Notes under the pieces: model-generated
Told to the model about the DNA's origin: nothing
Seen by the model: the letters and a program-made list of their open reading frames with translations, nothing else
Databases searched by the model: none
Assembly: GCA_963717255.1 (NCBI GenBank)
Contig: CAVQVT010000009.1
Location: 46,830-110,829 of the forward strand
DNA length: 64,000 bases
DNA from: an uncultured Chloroflexia bacterium
GTDB taxonomy: Bacteria; Chloroflexota; Limnocylindria; Limnocylindrales; CSP1-4
Reading direction: 5' to 3'
Translations under genes and position numbers: made by a program
In this document: positions 22,482 through 33,440 of the stretch, piece by piece
How positions within the stretch are numbered: the first letter of the stretch is position 1
How the letters are laid out: every line of letters begins with the position of its first letter

Positions 22482-24069
22482 ATGCGGATCCTGGTGGCGG
22501 AGCAGCTGGCTGCCGAGGGGCTGGCCGTGCTGCGCGAGCGGCACGATGTGGACGAGCGGGTGGGACTCGCGAAGGACGAGTACCTGGCGATCCTTCCCGA
22601 CTACGACGCCCTCATGGTCCGCAGCCAGGTCCAGGTGGACGCGGACATGATCGCCGCGGGCTCACGGCTCGCCGTGATCGGCCGCGCCGGGGTCGGCGTG
22701 GACAACGTGGACCTCGACGCCGCGACGCGCGCCGGGATCACGGTCGTGAACGCCCCGACCGGCAACACGATCGCCGCGGCGGAGCACACGCTCGCGCTCC
22801 TCTACGCGCTGGCGCGCAACGTGTCCGCGGCAGAGGCCTCGCTCCGGCGCGGCGAGTGGAAGCGGTCGCAGTTCACCGGCGTGGAGCTGCGCGGCAAGAC
22901 GCTCGGCCTCGTCGGGTTCGGGAAGATCGGCCAGGCCGTGGCCGTGCGCGCCCGGGCGATGGAGATGCCGCTGCTCGTCGCGGACCCGTTCGTCTCCGCC
23001 GAGCAGGCCGCGAACTACGACGCCGAGCTCGTCGAGCTGGACGACCTGCTCGCCCGTGCGGACGTCGTGAGCCTGCACGTCCCCAGGACCCGGACGACCG
23101 CCGGCATGATCGGGACGGCCGAGCTCGCGCGGATGAAGCCCTCCGCCTTCCTCCTCAACGTCGCCCGCGGCGGAGTCGTGGACGAGGCCGCGCTCGCCGG
23201 AGGCGCTCGCGGCCGGGACGATCGCCGGCGCGGCGGTGGACGTCTTCGCCGCCGAGCCCCCGGTGGGCTCGCCCCTCCTCGACGCGCCGCATGCCGTCCT
23301 CACTCCACACCTCGGCGCGTCCACGGCGGAGGCCCAGGTGCGCGTCGCGGTCGAGGCCGCCCAGCAGGTCGTGGACGTGCTGGAGGGCCGTCCCGCCCGC
23401 TACGCGGTCAACGCCCCGCTCCTGACACCGGAGACCGCCCGGGCCCTCGCCCCGTACCTGCCGCTGGCGCAGACGATGGGGTCGTTCCTCGCCCAGTACG
23501 TCCGCGGGGGCGTCGACAGCATCGCGGTGGAGATCTCCGGCGAGCTCGCCGAGATCGACGCGAGCCAGGTCGTCGCGGCGGCGCTCCGTGGCCTCCTCGA
23601 GGAGGCCACGGCGGAGCGCGTGAACCTCGTCAACGCCGCCACCATCGCGAAGGCACGCGGGATCGCGGTCACCGAGTCGCGCACGGCCGACGCGGGCGCC
23701 TACGCAGCGCTCGTCACGCTCCGCGCCGGGACCGGCGACCGGACGGCCCGGATCGGCGGCACGATCGAGGCCGGCGAGGCCCGCATCGTCCGGATCGACG
23801 ACTACCGGCTGGACATGGAGCCCGCCGCGTCGATGCTCGTCACGCGGCACCAGGATCGGCCCGGGATGGTCGGGCGGATCGGCGCGCTCCTGGGCGAGGC
23901 CGACGTGAACATCAGCGCGATGACCCTCGCGCGCTCGGCGCCGCGTGCCGACGCCCTCATGCTCCTCGCGCTGGACGACGCTGTCCCCGACGACGTCGCT
24001 GCGAGGATCCGCGGCCTCGACTCGATCCTCGATGTCTGGGTCATGCGCCTGGGTGCCGCCGGCACATGA
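22482..24069 (+). CDS. serA: D-3-phosphoglycerate dehydrogenase, apparent 1-nt frameshift near 23199
   Basis: MRILVAEQL...GRAGVGVDNVD...GLVGFGKIGQ...NVARGGVVDEAALA is in one frame. AEALAAGTIAGAAVDVFAAEPP...TPHLGAST plus a C-terminal ACT domain is in the next (track ORF 23236..24069). Confidence 0.85.
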
Positions 24070-24904
24070 CACCCGACGACGGGATTCCGGAGGGCGGGGA
24101 CGCAGGCGGCCGGACCCTCGTCCCGTACGGCCTGGAGGCGACGCTCGTCCTCCTGCGCCACGGTGAGACGGAGTTCCTGCTCCAGCGCCGGTTCCAGGGG
24201 CGCTCCGAGACGCCCCTCTCCGCGCTCGGTCGGCGCCAGGCCGCCCTCGGCGGCACGCGGATCGCCGAACCGTCCCGGCCACCGGCACTGCCGGTGCCCG
24301 ACGGACCGCCGCGCTTCATCGCGCACTCACCGCTCCGCAGGACGGCCGAGACCGCCGCCGCGGTCTCGGCCGCGCTCGACGCCGCCGGTTCCCCGGGGGT
24401 GCCCGTCCTCGCCGAGCCGGCCCTGGCCGAGATCGACCAGGGCGCCTGGGAGGGTCTGACCCAGGAGGAGGTCGCCGAGCGGTACGGCGCGGAGCTCGCC
24501 GCGTGGCGCCGTCGGCCCTGGGAGGCGCACGCGCCCGGCGGGGAGTCGCTCGACGACGTGGACCGCCGGGTCCGGGCGGGCATGACCCCGCTCCTCGAGC
24601 TGCTCGCAGCCGGAGCGGACCGCGGGACCCTCGACCGGCCGCACGTCCTCGGCTACGGGCGGGCCGACGCCGGCATCCCGTGGTCCGTCCTCGTCGGCCA
24701 CGACGGCTGCTTCAAGGTCCTCCTGCTCGCGCTCCTGGACCTGCCGCTCGAGGCCTTCTGGCGGTTCCCGTTCGCGCTCGCGCGATCTCCGTCGTGGAGA
24801 TCCGGGGCGGCCGCGCCTGGCTGCGACTCCACAACGCCGCCGATCACCTCGCGTCGCTCGAGGACGGGAGCGCCGAGAAGGCGCGCCCGCCGGGAGCCCT
24901 CTGA
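24066..24904 (+). CDS. histidine phosphatase (phosphoglycerate mutase-like) family protein, apparent 1-nt frameshift near 24780
   Basis: LVLLRHGETEF (RHG motif) and VGHDGCFKVLL. The expected tail ISVVEIRGGRAWLRLHNAADHL is in another frame (track ORF 24503..24904). ATGA overlap with the serA stop. Confidence 0.7.
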
Positions 24905-25003
24905 CCCGCCTGCCCCACCGCCCGGCTCTCCCGGTCACGAGCGGCGGGCGGCGGGGCGTGGTCGTCGGCGCCCGCGCCGCGGCCGTCGGGCTCGGGCGTC
25001 CCG

Positions 25004-27432
25004 TCAGGCGATGGGGCCGGGCGGCGTCGGCGGCCGGCGGCCGCCGCGCGGGCGCCTGAACAGCAGCGCCAGCAGGCGCACCCGCAGGCGTCGACGGACG
25101 AGCGCCAGCTGGCGCATGAGATCGGGTCCCGGCTCGCGGCGCGCGTAGGTGGACTCCACCTTGGAGGTGGCGACGAGCGTCAGCTCGGGGCGGACACCGG
25201 GCAGGATCTCGCCGAGGGCCGCCGTGTACTCGTAGACCGTCTGCTCGGGCCGCTGCGCGTAGCCGAGCCTGCCCGCGATGCGGGTGATCGTGCCGTAGGC
25301 CGCGTCCGGGCCCACCGGCCGCGGCGGGCGGCGGAGGAACGCCACGAGGCCGAGGAGCACGAACGCCACGACCACGAGCGCCGCCACGACGAGCGCCGAC
25401 CGGTCCCGGGATCCCTCCACCGCCGCCGGTGAGCGGCGCGCTGCCGCCGGCGGGCGCCGTCCGGCGAGGGTCGCGCTCGTCGTCCGGCCCGAAGCTGCTC
25501 GAGGCGCGCGGCGTCGGGGTCGGCGTGGCGACCGGTGGTCCGGCCGGCAGGCTGGTGTCGAGCCCGACGCCACCGCCCGTGGGATCGAAGTCCACCCAGC
25601 CGTACCCGGGGAAGAAGACCTCGACCCAGGCATGGGCGCGGTCGCGCCGCACCGTCTGCTCGCCGGTCGCGGAGCGGTCGCCGGGCAGGAACCCTTCGAC
25701 GAACCGCGTGGGGATCCCCCGCAGGCGGAGCATGGCCGCCATCGTCGTGGCGTAGTACTCGCAGTAGCCGCGGCGGGAGACGACGAAGCAATCGGTGACG
25801 CCGCGCCCGCCGCACTCGATGTCGGAGACGTCCGTGTCGTAGGTGAAGTTGGCCGGGTCCCGGAGGAACCGCTCGACCGCGCGCGCGAGGTCGTAGGGGT
25901 TCTCGGCCTCGCTCTCCTTCTCGATCCGCTCGAGGAGCAGGCGCGTCTCCGTCCCCACCGTTCCGGGCAGCAGGCCGGTGTAGAGCGCCAGGACCGGCGC
26001 GGGGTATGCGTCGCCGGCCGCGCGCAGGCGGTTGGCCGTCAGGCCGTTCGGGTCGGCCGGGTCGATGTCCGGCACGAGCGCCGTCACGGTGTACGGCCGG
26101 GGAGCGTCCGGCGCGGTGACCGTGGCGAAGAACCCGTCCGCCGGGATCTCCTCGGCGGGCGTCTCCCCGGGGGCGACGGTCGCCTGGGGCGGGGGCGTCG
26201 CGTCCACGGACGCGTACACGAGGGTCAGGCGCGCCGACCGATCCAGGGTGGACGGCCCGTTGGGGCTCACGATCAGCCGGGGCGCCGACTCGGACGGGGT
26301 GACCTCGACGGTGATCTCCCGCCGGCCGGTGGCCGGGTCGAGCGCGTCGCCGGTCGCAGCGAAGACCGGAGTGTCCGGGCGCAGGCGCGTCTCCCGCGTG
26401 TCCGTCCAGGTCCAGCCGTTCCCGTTGAACTGGTCGTACGCGGCCGCACGCCAGGCGAAGTCCTCCTCCGGCGGCACCTTCGCGGTGAAGACCAGGGTGT
26501 CGTCGGTGACCCAGGTGCCGGTGATCGCGGCGCTCTGGCCGAAGACGATCCCGCCGACCCGGGTCCCCGGCCCCCCGCCCGGGAGGAGCCGGGCTGATCG
26601 TGGCGCCGAACTCGACGATCCGCTGGTCCAACCCGTCCCATGCGGCGGCGAGCGGCGCCGACGCGGCGGTGGTCGTGAGGACGAGGGAGCCGACGATGGC
26701 GGCCGAGACGAAGACGAGGCCGGCACGCAGGAAGATGCTCGCGGTCCGGCCGGCGTCGTCGATCCGGTGCCGCGACCACGCGCGCTCCTCCTCGGAGACC
26801 CGGACGCGGACGAGGAGCAGGAGAGCAGCGGAGCTGAAGATCACGAGGAGGTAGAACTGGTCGCGGATCGTGATCGACATGTTCGCGACGAGGACGAAGC
26901 CGACCGCGAGGACGGCGCTGAGGGGCCGGCCGTGCCGGTACACGACCCACGAGGCGAAGAAGGCCGTCGCCCACACCAGGAGCCCGAGGATCGCCAGGAA
27001 GTGGCCGATCTGCGTGGTCGTGGCACGCGCACGGACGACCAGGTCCGTGTAGGCGCGGGTGGCGGAGGCGATCGCGGCACCAAGGGCCTCGAACGGCACG
27101 GGCGCGCTCGGGTCGACCGTCATGCCGACCGCCACGCCGACGACGACGACGCCCACGCAGGCGCCGATGACGAGGCAGAGGAAACGGGACCACGGCGACT
27201 TCCCCAGGGCGAGCCCGAGCAGGACGGCGGCCGGGACCATCCACGCGAGGAAGTCGAGGTTCTCGTCGCGCCCCAGGACCCAGCGCGCGTCGTCCATCGA
27301 CCAGGCCATCGTCAGGCCCATCACGAGGAGCAGGATGAGGCTCGACCAACCCTCGGCGGGCCCGGCGATGAGCCGGCGCGCCAGCGTGCCCAGGTCCGGC
27401 ACGGGCCGAGCCGCGGTGGGGAGGGCCGTCAC
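25004..27432 (-). CDS. transglutaminase-domain membrane protein (TgpA-like, with DUF4129-like tail), split over three frames
   Basis: The N-terminal polytopic part is in the frame of ORF 25180..28413 (VTALPTAARP...). The core GYCEYYATTMAAMLR...RAHAWVEVFFPGYGWVDFDPT is in the frame of ORF 24327..26726. The TM plus tail is in ORF 25004..25633. GTGA overlap with the DUF58 stop. Confidence 0.75.
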
Positions 27433-28661
27433 GCGAGCACCTCCGCAAGGCGGTCGTCCGCCCGGACCACGACCGTTCGCAGGTCGAACTCGGCGAGCCG
27501 GTGCCGGATCGCCCGCATCGCCTGCTGGGCCTCCCGGTCGGGGGCGGTCGGCGCCGTGCCGCTCTGTCGCGTCGGCGAGACCGTGAAGCTCGGCGTGTCG
27601 AGCAGCACGACCGCGCAGCCGAGGCCGCGTGGTCGGAGCGTGGCGAGCGGCCGGATCCACTCGGGCTCGTCGGAGCCGGTGATGACCACCGCCGTGGTCC
27701 CGCGCCGCAGCCGCGGCAGCGTGACGACCAGGGACTCGGCGAGCGGCGCGGCGCCGTCCCCCTCGACCGCGGCGAGCAGCTGCATGATCTTGTGCCGCTG
27801 GCGTGGCCCGCGGTCCGGCGGGAGCGTGGCCGGGTGGTGGCCGTTCGTCGTCATGGCGACCGCCCGGTTCTCGCCGAGCGCCTTCTCGGAGATCGAGGCC
27901 GCGGCGCGGACGGCCACCTCGACGGTGGACCGGTCCCCCGTCCCCGCCTGCACGCCGGCGTCGAGGTCGAGGAAGATCCAGACGTCCGCCGTCTGCTCCA
28001 GGTCGAACTCCTTCACCTGGATCTCGCCGTGCCGCGCCGTGGACTTCCAATGGATCCGGTTGAACGAGTCGCCGGGCGCATACGGCCGGACGCTCGTCGC
28101 GAGCGGGGTCGTCTGCAGCGCCCGCTCCCGCGACGCGTGGCTGCCCTCCAGGTTCGCCGTCGGCAGCCGCCACTGCGGGAGGCGTTCGACGCGTGGGTAG
28201 ACCACGACGCTCACGCCGTGACCCACGCTCGCGACGGACTCGAAGAAGCCGAACGGGTCGCCCGTGCGGACCTGGAGCGCGTCCACGCGGAAGTGTCCGC
28301 GGCGCGTCAGCGGCACCTTGGCGTTCCAGGTGCGCTGGCTCCGCGGGCCCAGCGACAGCGCCCGCCCTGGGAGCGGCACCGGGAGGTTGGAGGGGTTGAA
28401 CGTCTCCAGCCACAGCTTCGGCAAGCGTCCGGCGTTCCGGACCGTCACGGTGGCGCGGAGCTGGTCGCCCACGTGGCCGTGGACCTGGGCGACCGCGAAC
28501 CCCGCCTCGAGGTCGGTGAGCCCCTGGCGCGTCACGAGGTAGCTCCCGACCCCGACGATGACGCCGAGGTAGACGAGGTAGAAGAGGAACGGCAGTCCCG
28601 TCGAGAGCGCGGCGACGACCAGGATCGTCCCGACGACCAGGTACGGGATCCGGCGGAACAT
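27429..28661 (-). CDS. DUF58 domain protein (MoxR-associated, vWA-like)
   Basis: MFRRIPYLVVGTILVV (2 TM), YAPGDSFNRIHWKSTARHGEIQVKEF, VWIFLDLD. This is the real part of track ORF 27429..28778. Confidence 0.8.
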   Translation of the reverse strand: MFRRIPYLVVGTILVVAALSTGLPFLFYLVYLGVIVGVGSYLVTRQGLTDLEAGFAVAQVHGHVGDQLRATVTVRNAGRLPKLWLETFNPSNLPVPLPGRALSLGPRSQRTWNAKVPLTRRGHFRVDALQVRTGDPFGFFESVASVGHGVSVVVYPRVERLPQWRLPTANLEGSHASRERALQTTPLATSVRPYAPGDSFNRIHWKSTARHGEIQVKEFDLEQTADVWIFLDLDAGVQAGTGDRSTVEVAVRAAASISEKALGENRAVAMTTNGHHPATLPPDRGPRQRHKIMQLLAAVEGDGAAPLAESLVVTLPRLRRGTTAVVITGSDEPEWIRPLATLRPRGLGCAVVLLDTPSFTVSPTRQSGTAPTAPDREAQQAMRAIRHRLAEFDLRTVVVRADDRLAEVLA

Positions 28662-28683
28662 CGCGCTGGACCTGGGCGGGCCG

Positions 28684-29679
28684 TCAGCCGGCCGCGCCCT
28701 CGCGGCCGATCTCGCGCGGCCCGCCGACGCGCGCCGGGATGCGGTCGTTCGCGACCGGCACCGAGTCGAGGACCTCACGGACGATCTGGCCCGGCTCCAC
28801 GTCTCGGACGGTGGAGCTGGTCTTCACGATGACACGATGCCCCAGCGCCGGCTCGGCGAGCACCTTCACGTCGTCCGGGATCGCGTAGTCGCGCCCGTGC
28901 AGGGCCGCGAGGGCCTGGCTGGCGCGGTAGAGCGCGAGCGAGCCGCGCGGCGAGGCACCGAGGTAGACGTCGGGGTGCGTCCGCGTGGCGCCGACCAGCC
29001 GGACGATGTAGTCGCTCACCGACGGGTCCACGTAGATCTCGCGGACGGCCGCCTGCATCGCGCGGAGCTCGTCCGCGCTCACGACCGCGTCGATCGTCTC
29101 GAGCGGGTGCTGGCGCTTCTGCTCGTCCAGGATGAGGATCTCCTCCGCGGGTCCCGGGTAGCCCATCCGGATCTTCAGCATGAAGCGGTCAAGCTGGGCC
29201 TCGGGCAGGGCGAAGGTCCCCTCGTACTCGATCGGATTCTGCGTCGCGATCACCAGGAACGGGTCCGGCATGGGGTACGTGATCCCGTCGATGGTCGCCT
29301 GCCGCTCCTCCATGCATTCGAGCAGCGCCGACTGCGTCTTCGGCGTGGCCCGGTTGATCTCGTCGGCGAGGACGACCTGGGCCAGGATCGGGCCGGGCCG
29401 GAACTCGAACTCGTGGGTCTTCTGGTTGTAGATCGAGAGGCCGGTCACGTCCGACGGGAGCAGGTCCGGCGTGAACTGGATGCGCCGGAACGAGCACCCC
29501 AGGCTTCGCGCGATCGCCTTGGCAAGGACGGTCTTCCCGGTCCCCGGGACGTCCTCGATGAGGACGTGGCCGCGGCACAGGAGAGCGACGAGTGCGAGAC
29601 GCACCTCGTGGTGCTTCCCGACGATGACTCGCTCGACGTTCGCGAGCGCTCGCTCGCCGGACTCCTGGATCTTGGGCAC
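28684..29679 (-). CDS. moxR: MoxR-family AAA+ ATPase
   Basis: [69 protein letters not shown] start preceded by GGGAGG. Confidence 0.9.
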   Translation of the reverse strand: MPKIQESGERALANVERVIVGKHHEVRLALVALLCRGHVLIEDVPGTGKTVLAKAIARSLGCSFRRIQFTPDLLPSDVTGLSIYNQKTHEFEFRPGPILAQVVLADEINRATPKTQSALLECMEERQATIDGITYPMPDPFLVIATQNPIEYEGTFALPEAQLDRFMLKIRMGYPGPAEEILILDEQKRQHPLETIDAVVSADELRAMQAAVREIYVDPSVSDYIVRLVGATRTHPDVYLGASPRGSLALYRASQALAALHGRDYAIPDDVKVLAEPALGHRVIVKTSSTVRDVEPGQIVREVLDSVPVANDRIPARVGGPREIGREGAAG

Positions 29680-29840
29680 TCGTCTGCCTCCCTGCGGGCG
29701 GGTGCGGCGAGAGCGTGCCGGGCCGGGACGCGCCGCGCGGATGTCGATAGTACGTCCGAACGGCGCAACGGGTTTCCGGCGGTCTCCGGCCGGCGTCGGC
29801 GATCGCATGTGCCCGGGAGACGGGCGAAGACGCCGGCCGC

Positions 29841-30101
29841 TCAGCCGCGCGCCAGGGTGCGGACCGCCAGCCACACGGTCACGCCGGCGCCGAGGGCGCC
29901 CATGAACGCGAGGAAGATCTCGCCGCCGAACCAGGAGACGACCGCGACGAAGGCGAAGAGGAGCGCGAGGACGACGGCGACCGCCGCCAGCCCGACCCGT
30001 TCGATGAGCGGGCGTGGCTCCGGCGGGTCGCCGCCCTCGCCCCCTGCCGCCGCCGAGCGGGCCGCCGAGCCCTCGGCCTCGCGGTCCGCGCCGCCGCTCA
30101 C
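29841..30101 (-). CDS. small two-TM membrane protein
   Basis: 86 codons. GTGA overlap with the pbpA stop. [45 protein letters not shown]. Confidence 0.45.
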   Translation of the reverse strand: MSGGADREAEGSAARSAAAGGEGGDPPEPRPLIERVGLAAVAVVLALLFAFVAVVSWFGGEIFLAFMGALGAGVTVWLAVRTLARG

Positions 30102-31594
30102 TTCGCGGCCTGCGCGAAGTACGCGCGCATGAGGCGGCCGGCCACCGGTGCGGCGCGGCTCGCGCCGCTGCCGCCGTTCTCCACGACCACCGCGATGGCG
30201 ATCTGCGGGTCGTCCGCAGGGGCGAAGCCGATGAACCACGAGTGCGGCTCGCCGGACCCGCCGATCTCCGCGGTCCCGGACTTGCCGGCCGTGAGCACGC
30301 CGGGGACCTTGGCGCCGCTCGTGAAGAGCGGGCCGTACTCGCCCTCCACGGCGAGCGTCATCGCCCTCCGGACGGGCTCGGCCACCTCGGGGCCGAACGG
30401 CCTGAGCCAGATCTCCGCAGGCCGCGGGGAGACGCCCCCGTCCGGTGAGACGACGGCCATCACGACGCGCGGCCGCATGATCACGCCATCGTTGGCGACC
30501 GCCGCGGCGACGAGCGCCATCTGGATCGGGGTGGCGAGCACTTCGCCCTGGCCGTACGCGGCGTTCGCCAGCTCCACCCGGTCCACGAAGCCGCCGGGCG
30601 CGTTCCCGGATCCGTCCGTCACCTGGCTGGTCTCGGTCGGCAGGTCGTAGGGGATCGACGCCCCGAAGCCGAGTGAGGCCGCCCAGGCGACCAGCTCGGC
30701 CCCTCCAGTCGCGAGGCCGGCGAGAGCGTAGAAGATGTTGCACGAGACCTCGGTCGCCTCGGCGAGAGCGAGGGGCTTCGGCTGCGTGAAGTCGTGGTGC
30801 CCGTCCTTCACCCGGTAGCCGTCGACGAGGAGCCCGTTCTTCTCGGCCGGCGGCTGCTCCCGGTACCGCGTCTCGGGCGTGATCGCGCCCGATCCGAGCG
30901 CGGCGATGGCCGTCACGATCTTGAAGACCGAGCCCGGCGCGTACAGCCCGAGAGTGGCCCGCGGCAGGAGTGGTGCATCGGGGTCCTCGCGGAGCGACGC
31001 GAAGTAATCGGGGTCGGCGGCCGGATCCGCGATGAGGTTCGGGTCGTACGTCGGGGTGGACGCGTCCACGAGGACCTCGCCAGTGCGCGGATCGAGCATG
31101 ACGATCGCGCCGGCGTCCTTCCCGAGGAGCTGCACCGCGAGGCGCTGCAGCGGCAGCGAGAGCGAGGTCCGGAGCTCGTTGCCCTTCTTGCGGCGCGAGG
31201 GGTCGAGGTGGTCGAGGATGTCCTGGATCGGGTCGGGGTCGCGCGCGCCGGTGAGCTCCGCGTCGAACGTCCGCTCGATCCCGGCGCTGCCGTACCGCCG
31301 CGACGCGTACCCGACCACCGCGGTCATGGCCTCGCCGGGGTAGACGCGGTATGGCTCGCCGTTCTCGTCGCGCCGGCTCGCGGCGAGAGTCCGGCCATCG
31401 CGGTCGCGGATCACGCCCCGGACGACGGTCCGCGCGGCCGCGATGTTGGCCGCGTCGTCCGGGGATGACGCCAGTCTCTGCGCCTCGACCACCTGCCACC
31501 AGGTCGCGCCCGCGCCGACCACGACCACGGCGAGGATCGCCGCGAGCATCGTCCGGCCCAGGCTGCGTCCCATGCCGGGGTCGCGCCCGGTCAC
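30098..31594 (-). CDS. pbpA: penicillin-binding protein 2 / PbpA-type transpeptidase
   Basis: SVFK (SxxK), SCN (SxN), KSGT (KTG-like). N-terminal TM. GTG 31594 overlaps the rodA stop (GTGA); alternative ATG at 31573. Confidence 0.85.
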   Translation of the reverse strand: MTGRDPGMGRSLGRTMLAAILAVVVVGAGATWWQVVEAQRLASSPDDAANIAAARTVVRGVIRDRDGRTLAASRRDENGEPYRVYPGEAMTAVVGYASRRYGSAGIERTFDAELTGARDPDPIQDILDHLDPSRRKKGNELRTSLSLPLQRLAVQLLGKDAGAIVMLDPRTGEVLVDASTPTYDPNLIADPAADPDYFASLREDPDAPLLPRATLGLYAPGSVFKIVTAIAALGSGAITPETRYREQPPAEKNGLLVDGYRVKDGHHDFTQPKPLALAEATEVSCNIFYALAGLATGGAELVAWAASLGFGASIPYDLPTETSQVTDGSGNAPGGFVDRVELANAAYGQGEVLATPIQMALVAAAVANDGVIMRPRVVMAVVSPDGGVSPRPAEIWLRPFGPEVAEPVRRAMTLAVEGEYGPLFTSGAKVPGVLTAGKSGTAEIGGSGEPHSWFIGFAPADDPQIAIAVVVENGGSGASRAAPVAGRLMRAYFAQAAK

Positions 31595-33006
31595 GCGCCG
31601 CCCCGGCGGATCGCCCGCATGATCGGGCCGCGTGTCCGCGGCGGTGGGGGCGGCTCGATGCCGCGGTCGGAGAGGGCGAGGAGGAGCCCGACCACGAGCG
31701 AGTTGGCGAGGATCGACGACCCGCCGTAGCTGACGAACGGCAGCGTGATCCCGGTGAGCGGGATGATGCGGAGGTCGCCGGCGGCGATGACGAGCGCCTG
31801 GACGCCGATCACGAGCGCGAGCCCCGCCGCCAGCAGCGCCCGGAACGGATCGGCAGCGGCGGCGGCGACGCGCAGCCCGCGCTCGAGCACGACGAGGTAG
31901 AGGCCCAGGACACCGAGGACCGCCGCAAGCCCCATCTCCTCCCCGATCGCCGCGAGCGGGAAGTCCGTGTGCACGGCGGGGACCGGGAGGCGTCCCGCGA
32001 TCTCCGGGAGCCCGGCGCCGAGCCCGACGCCGAAGAGGCCGCCCCGTGCGAACGCGTGGAGGGCCTGCACGATCTGGAAGCCGGACCCGAGCGGGTCGGC
32101 GAACGGGTCCAGCCAGACGGCGACACGCTCCCTGACATGCGGGAACGCGAGGTAGAGCGCGACGGCCGCGACGGCACCCAGCGCGACGCCGAGCCCTGCC
32201 CAGGACGCCCGGCCGGTCGCGATGTAGAGCATCGCGAGGAAGACGACGTAGAAGAGCAGGGCGGCCCCGAGGTCGCGCTGGACGATGACGACACCCATCC
32301 CCAGCGCGACCATCGCGAGCATCGGCGCGAGGTACGGGAGCGGCGGAAGCCGGATGGGCCCGAGGGCGGTGCGCTCCGTCGCGAGGATCGGCCGGTACTC
32401 GGCGAGGTACCCGGCCAGGAAGACGACCAGGATCACCTTGAGCAGCTCGGAGGGCTGGCCGCTGAAGGGGCCGATGACGAGCGTGAGCCTCGCTCCACCC
32501 TGGTCCACGCCGAAGACGAACGTCAGGACGAGGAGCGTGAGGCCCGCCAGTGCCCACGTGTACTTGTACATGCGGAGCCACGCATCGGAGCGCACCGCCA
32601 CCGCAAGGAAGCCGGCGATCGCGAGGCCGATGCACAGCCAGAGTGTCTGCAGCTCGGCCAGGCCCAGCTCCAGCGACCCCAGGTCCTGGGTCACGAGGTC
32701 CTGCGGCAGCCGGATCATGACGAGGAGGCCCAGGCCGCCGAGCATCCCGACCGCCGGGAGGAGGACCTGGTCCGTGCGGCGGCCGGCGAGGGTCTGCGCC
32801 AGGTGGACGATCGCGAGCGCGAGCCCGTAGGTCACCAGGAGCGGCCCCCCCTCGACCGTCGCCTCGCCGGTCCGGGTCATCCCCAGCGACAGCCCACCGA
32901 CGACGAGGACCGTGTAGACGAGGAGCAGCAGGACCGCCTCCCTGCGTCGGAGCCTGGGCCGGACCCGCGCGAGGCCCCGCGGCGCGACGGCGGCGGCGGC
33001 GGTCAC
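31591..33006 (-). CDS. rodA: FtsW/RodA/SpoVE family peptidoglycan polymerase
   Basis: 471-aa polytopic ORF with the family C-terminal motif PLTGITLPFVSYGGSSIL. Confidence 0.9.
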   Translation of the reverse strand: MTAAAAVAPRGLARVRPRLRRREAVLLLLVYTVLVVGGLSLGMTRTGEATVEGGPLLVTYGLALAIVHLAQTLAGRRTDQVLLPAVGMLGGLGLLVMIRLPQDLVTQDLGSLELGLAELQTLWLCIGLAIAGFLAVAVRSDAWLRMYKYTWALAGLTLLVLTFVFGVDQGGARLTLVIGPFSGQPSELLKVILVVFLAGYLAEYRPILATERTALGPIRLPPLPYLAPMLAMVALGMGVVIVQRDLGAALLFYVVFLAMLYIATGRASWAGLGVALGAVAAVALYLAFPHVRERVAVWLDPFADPLGSGFQIVQALHAFARGGLFGVGLGAGLPEIAGRLPVPAVHTDFPLAAIGEEMGLAAVLGVLGLYLVVLERGLRVAAAAADPFRALLAAGLALVIGVQALVIAAGDLRIIPLTGITLPFVSYGGSSILANSLVVGLLLALSDRGIEPPPPPRTRGPIMRAIRRGGA

Positions 33007-33440
33007 CGGCGACCCCGCTCCAGCCGCAGCCGGACCCTGCCCACCTGGATCTCGTCGCCGACGGCGAGAGGCACGACACCCTCGACGAGGCTGCCGTTCA
33101 CGTAGGTGCCGTTCGTGCTGCCCCTGTCCTCGATGAACCAGGCGCGCCCGCGATAGGTGATGACGGCATGCTCGGAGGACGCGAACGCGTCCCCGATGAC
33201 GACGGTGCTCGCCAGGTCGCGGCCGATCGTGGTGACGGCGTCGATCGGGAAGCGAGCCCCTGCGGGCGGCTGGGCGTCCGGCGAGGCGACGACGACGAGC
33301 CGGCCGAGCTCAGCGCCCGGCTCGGCGGCCGCCCGCCGCACGTCGCGGAGCAGGACGCGGGCGACGGCGAAGAGGAAGAGCCAGACGAGCGCGAGAAGAG
33401 CGAGGCGCACCGCCCAGAGCGCGAGGACGAACGGGTCCAT
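33003..33440 (-). CDS. fhaB: FHA-domain protein with N-terminal TM (FhaB/FipA-like)
   Basis: MDPFVLALWAVRLALLALVWLFLF...TTIGRDLASTVVIGDAFASSEHAVI...DRGSTNGTYVNG. Overlaps rodA (GTGA) and the fhaA stop. Confidence 0.8.
   Translation of the reverse strand: MDPFVLALWAVRLALLALVWLFLFAVARVLLRDVRRAAAEPGAELGRLVVVASPDAQPPAGARFPIDAVTTIGRDLASTVVIGDAFASSEHAVITYRGRAWFIEDRGSTNGTYVNGSLVEGVVPLAVGDEIQVGRVRLRLERGRR

Noticed and set aside
22482-25148. 888-aa ORF that looks like one giant protein
   Set aside because: It is chimeric. Only the first about 240 codons (SerA N-terminal part) and codons from 24066 (histidine phosphatase) are real. The middle and the tail are out-of-frame read-through created by the frame breaks.
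30098-33079. 993-aa ORF and the similar long composite ORFs 42030..44267, 24327..26726 and 25180..28413
   Set aside because: Only their C-terminal or internal parts match families (PbpA, ClpP, transglutaminase). The upstream parts are Arg/Pro-rich shadows of neighbouring genes that lie in other frames.
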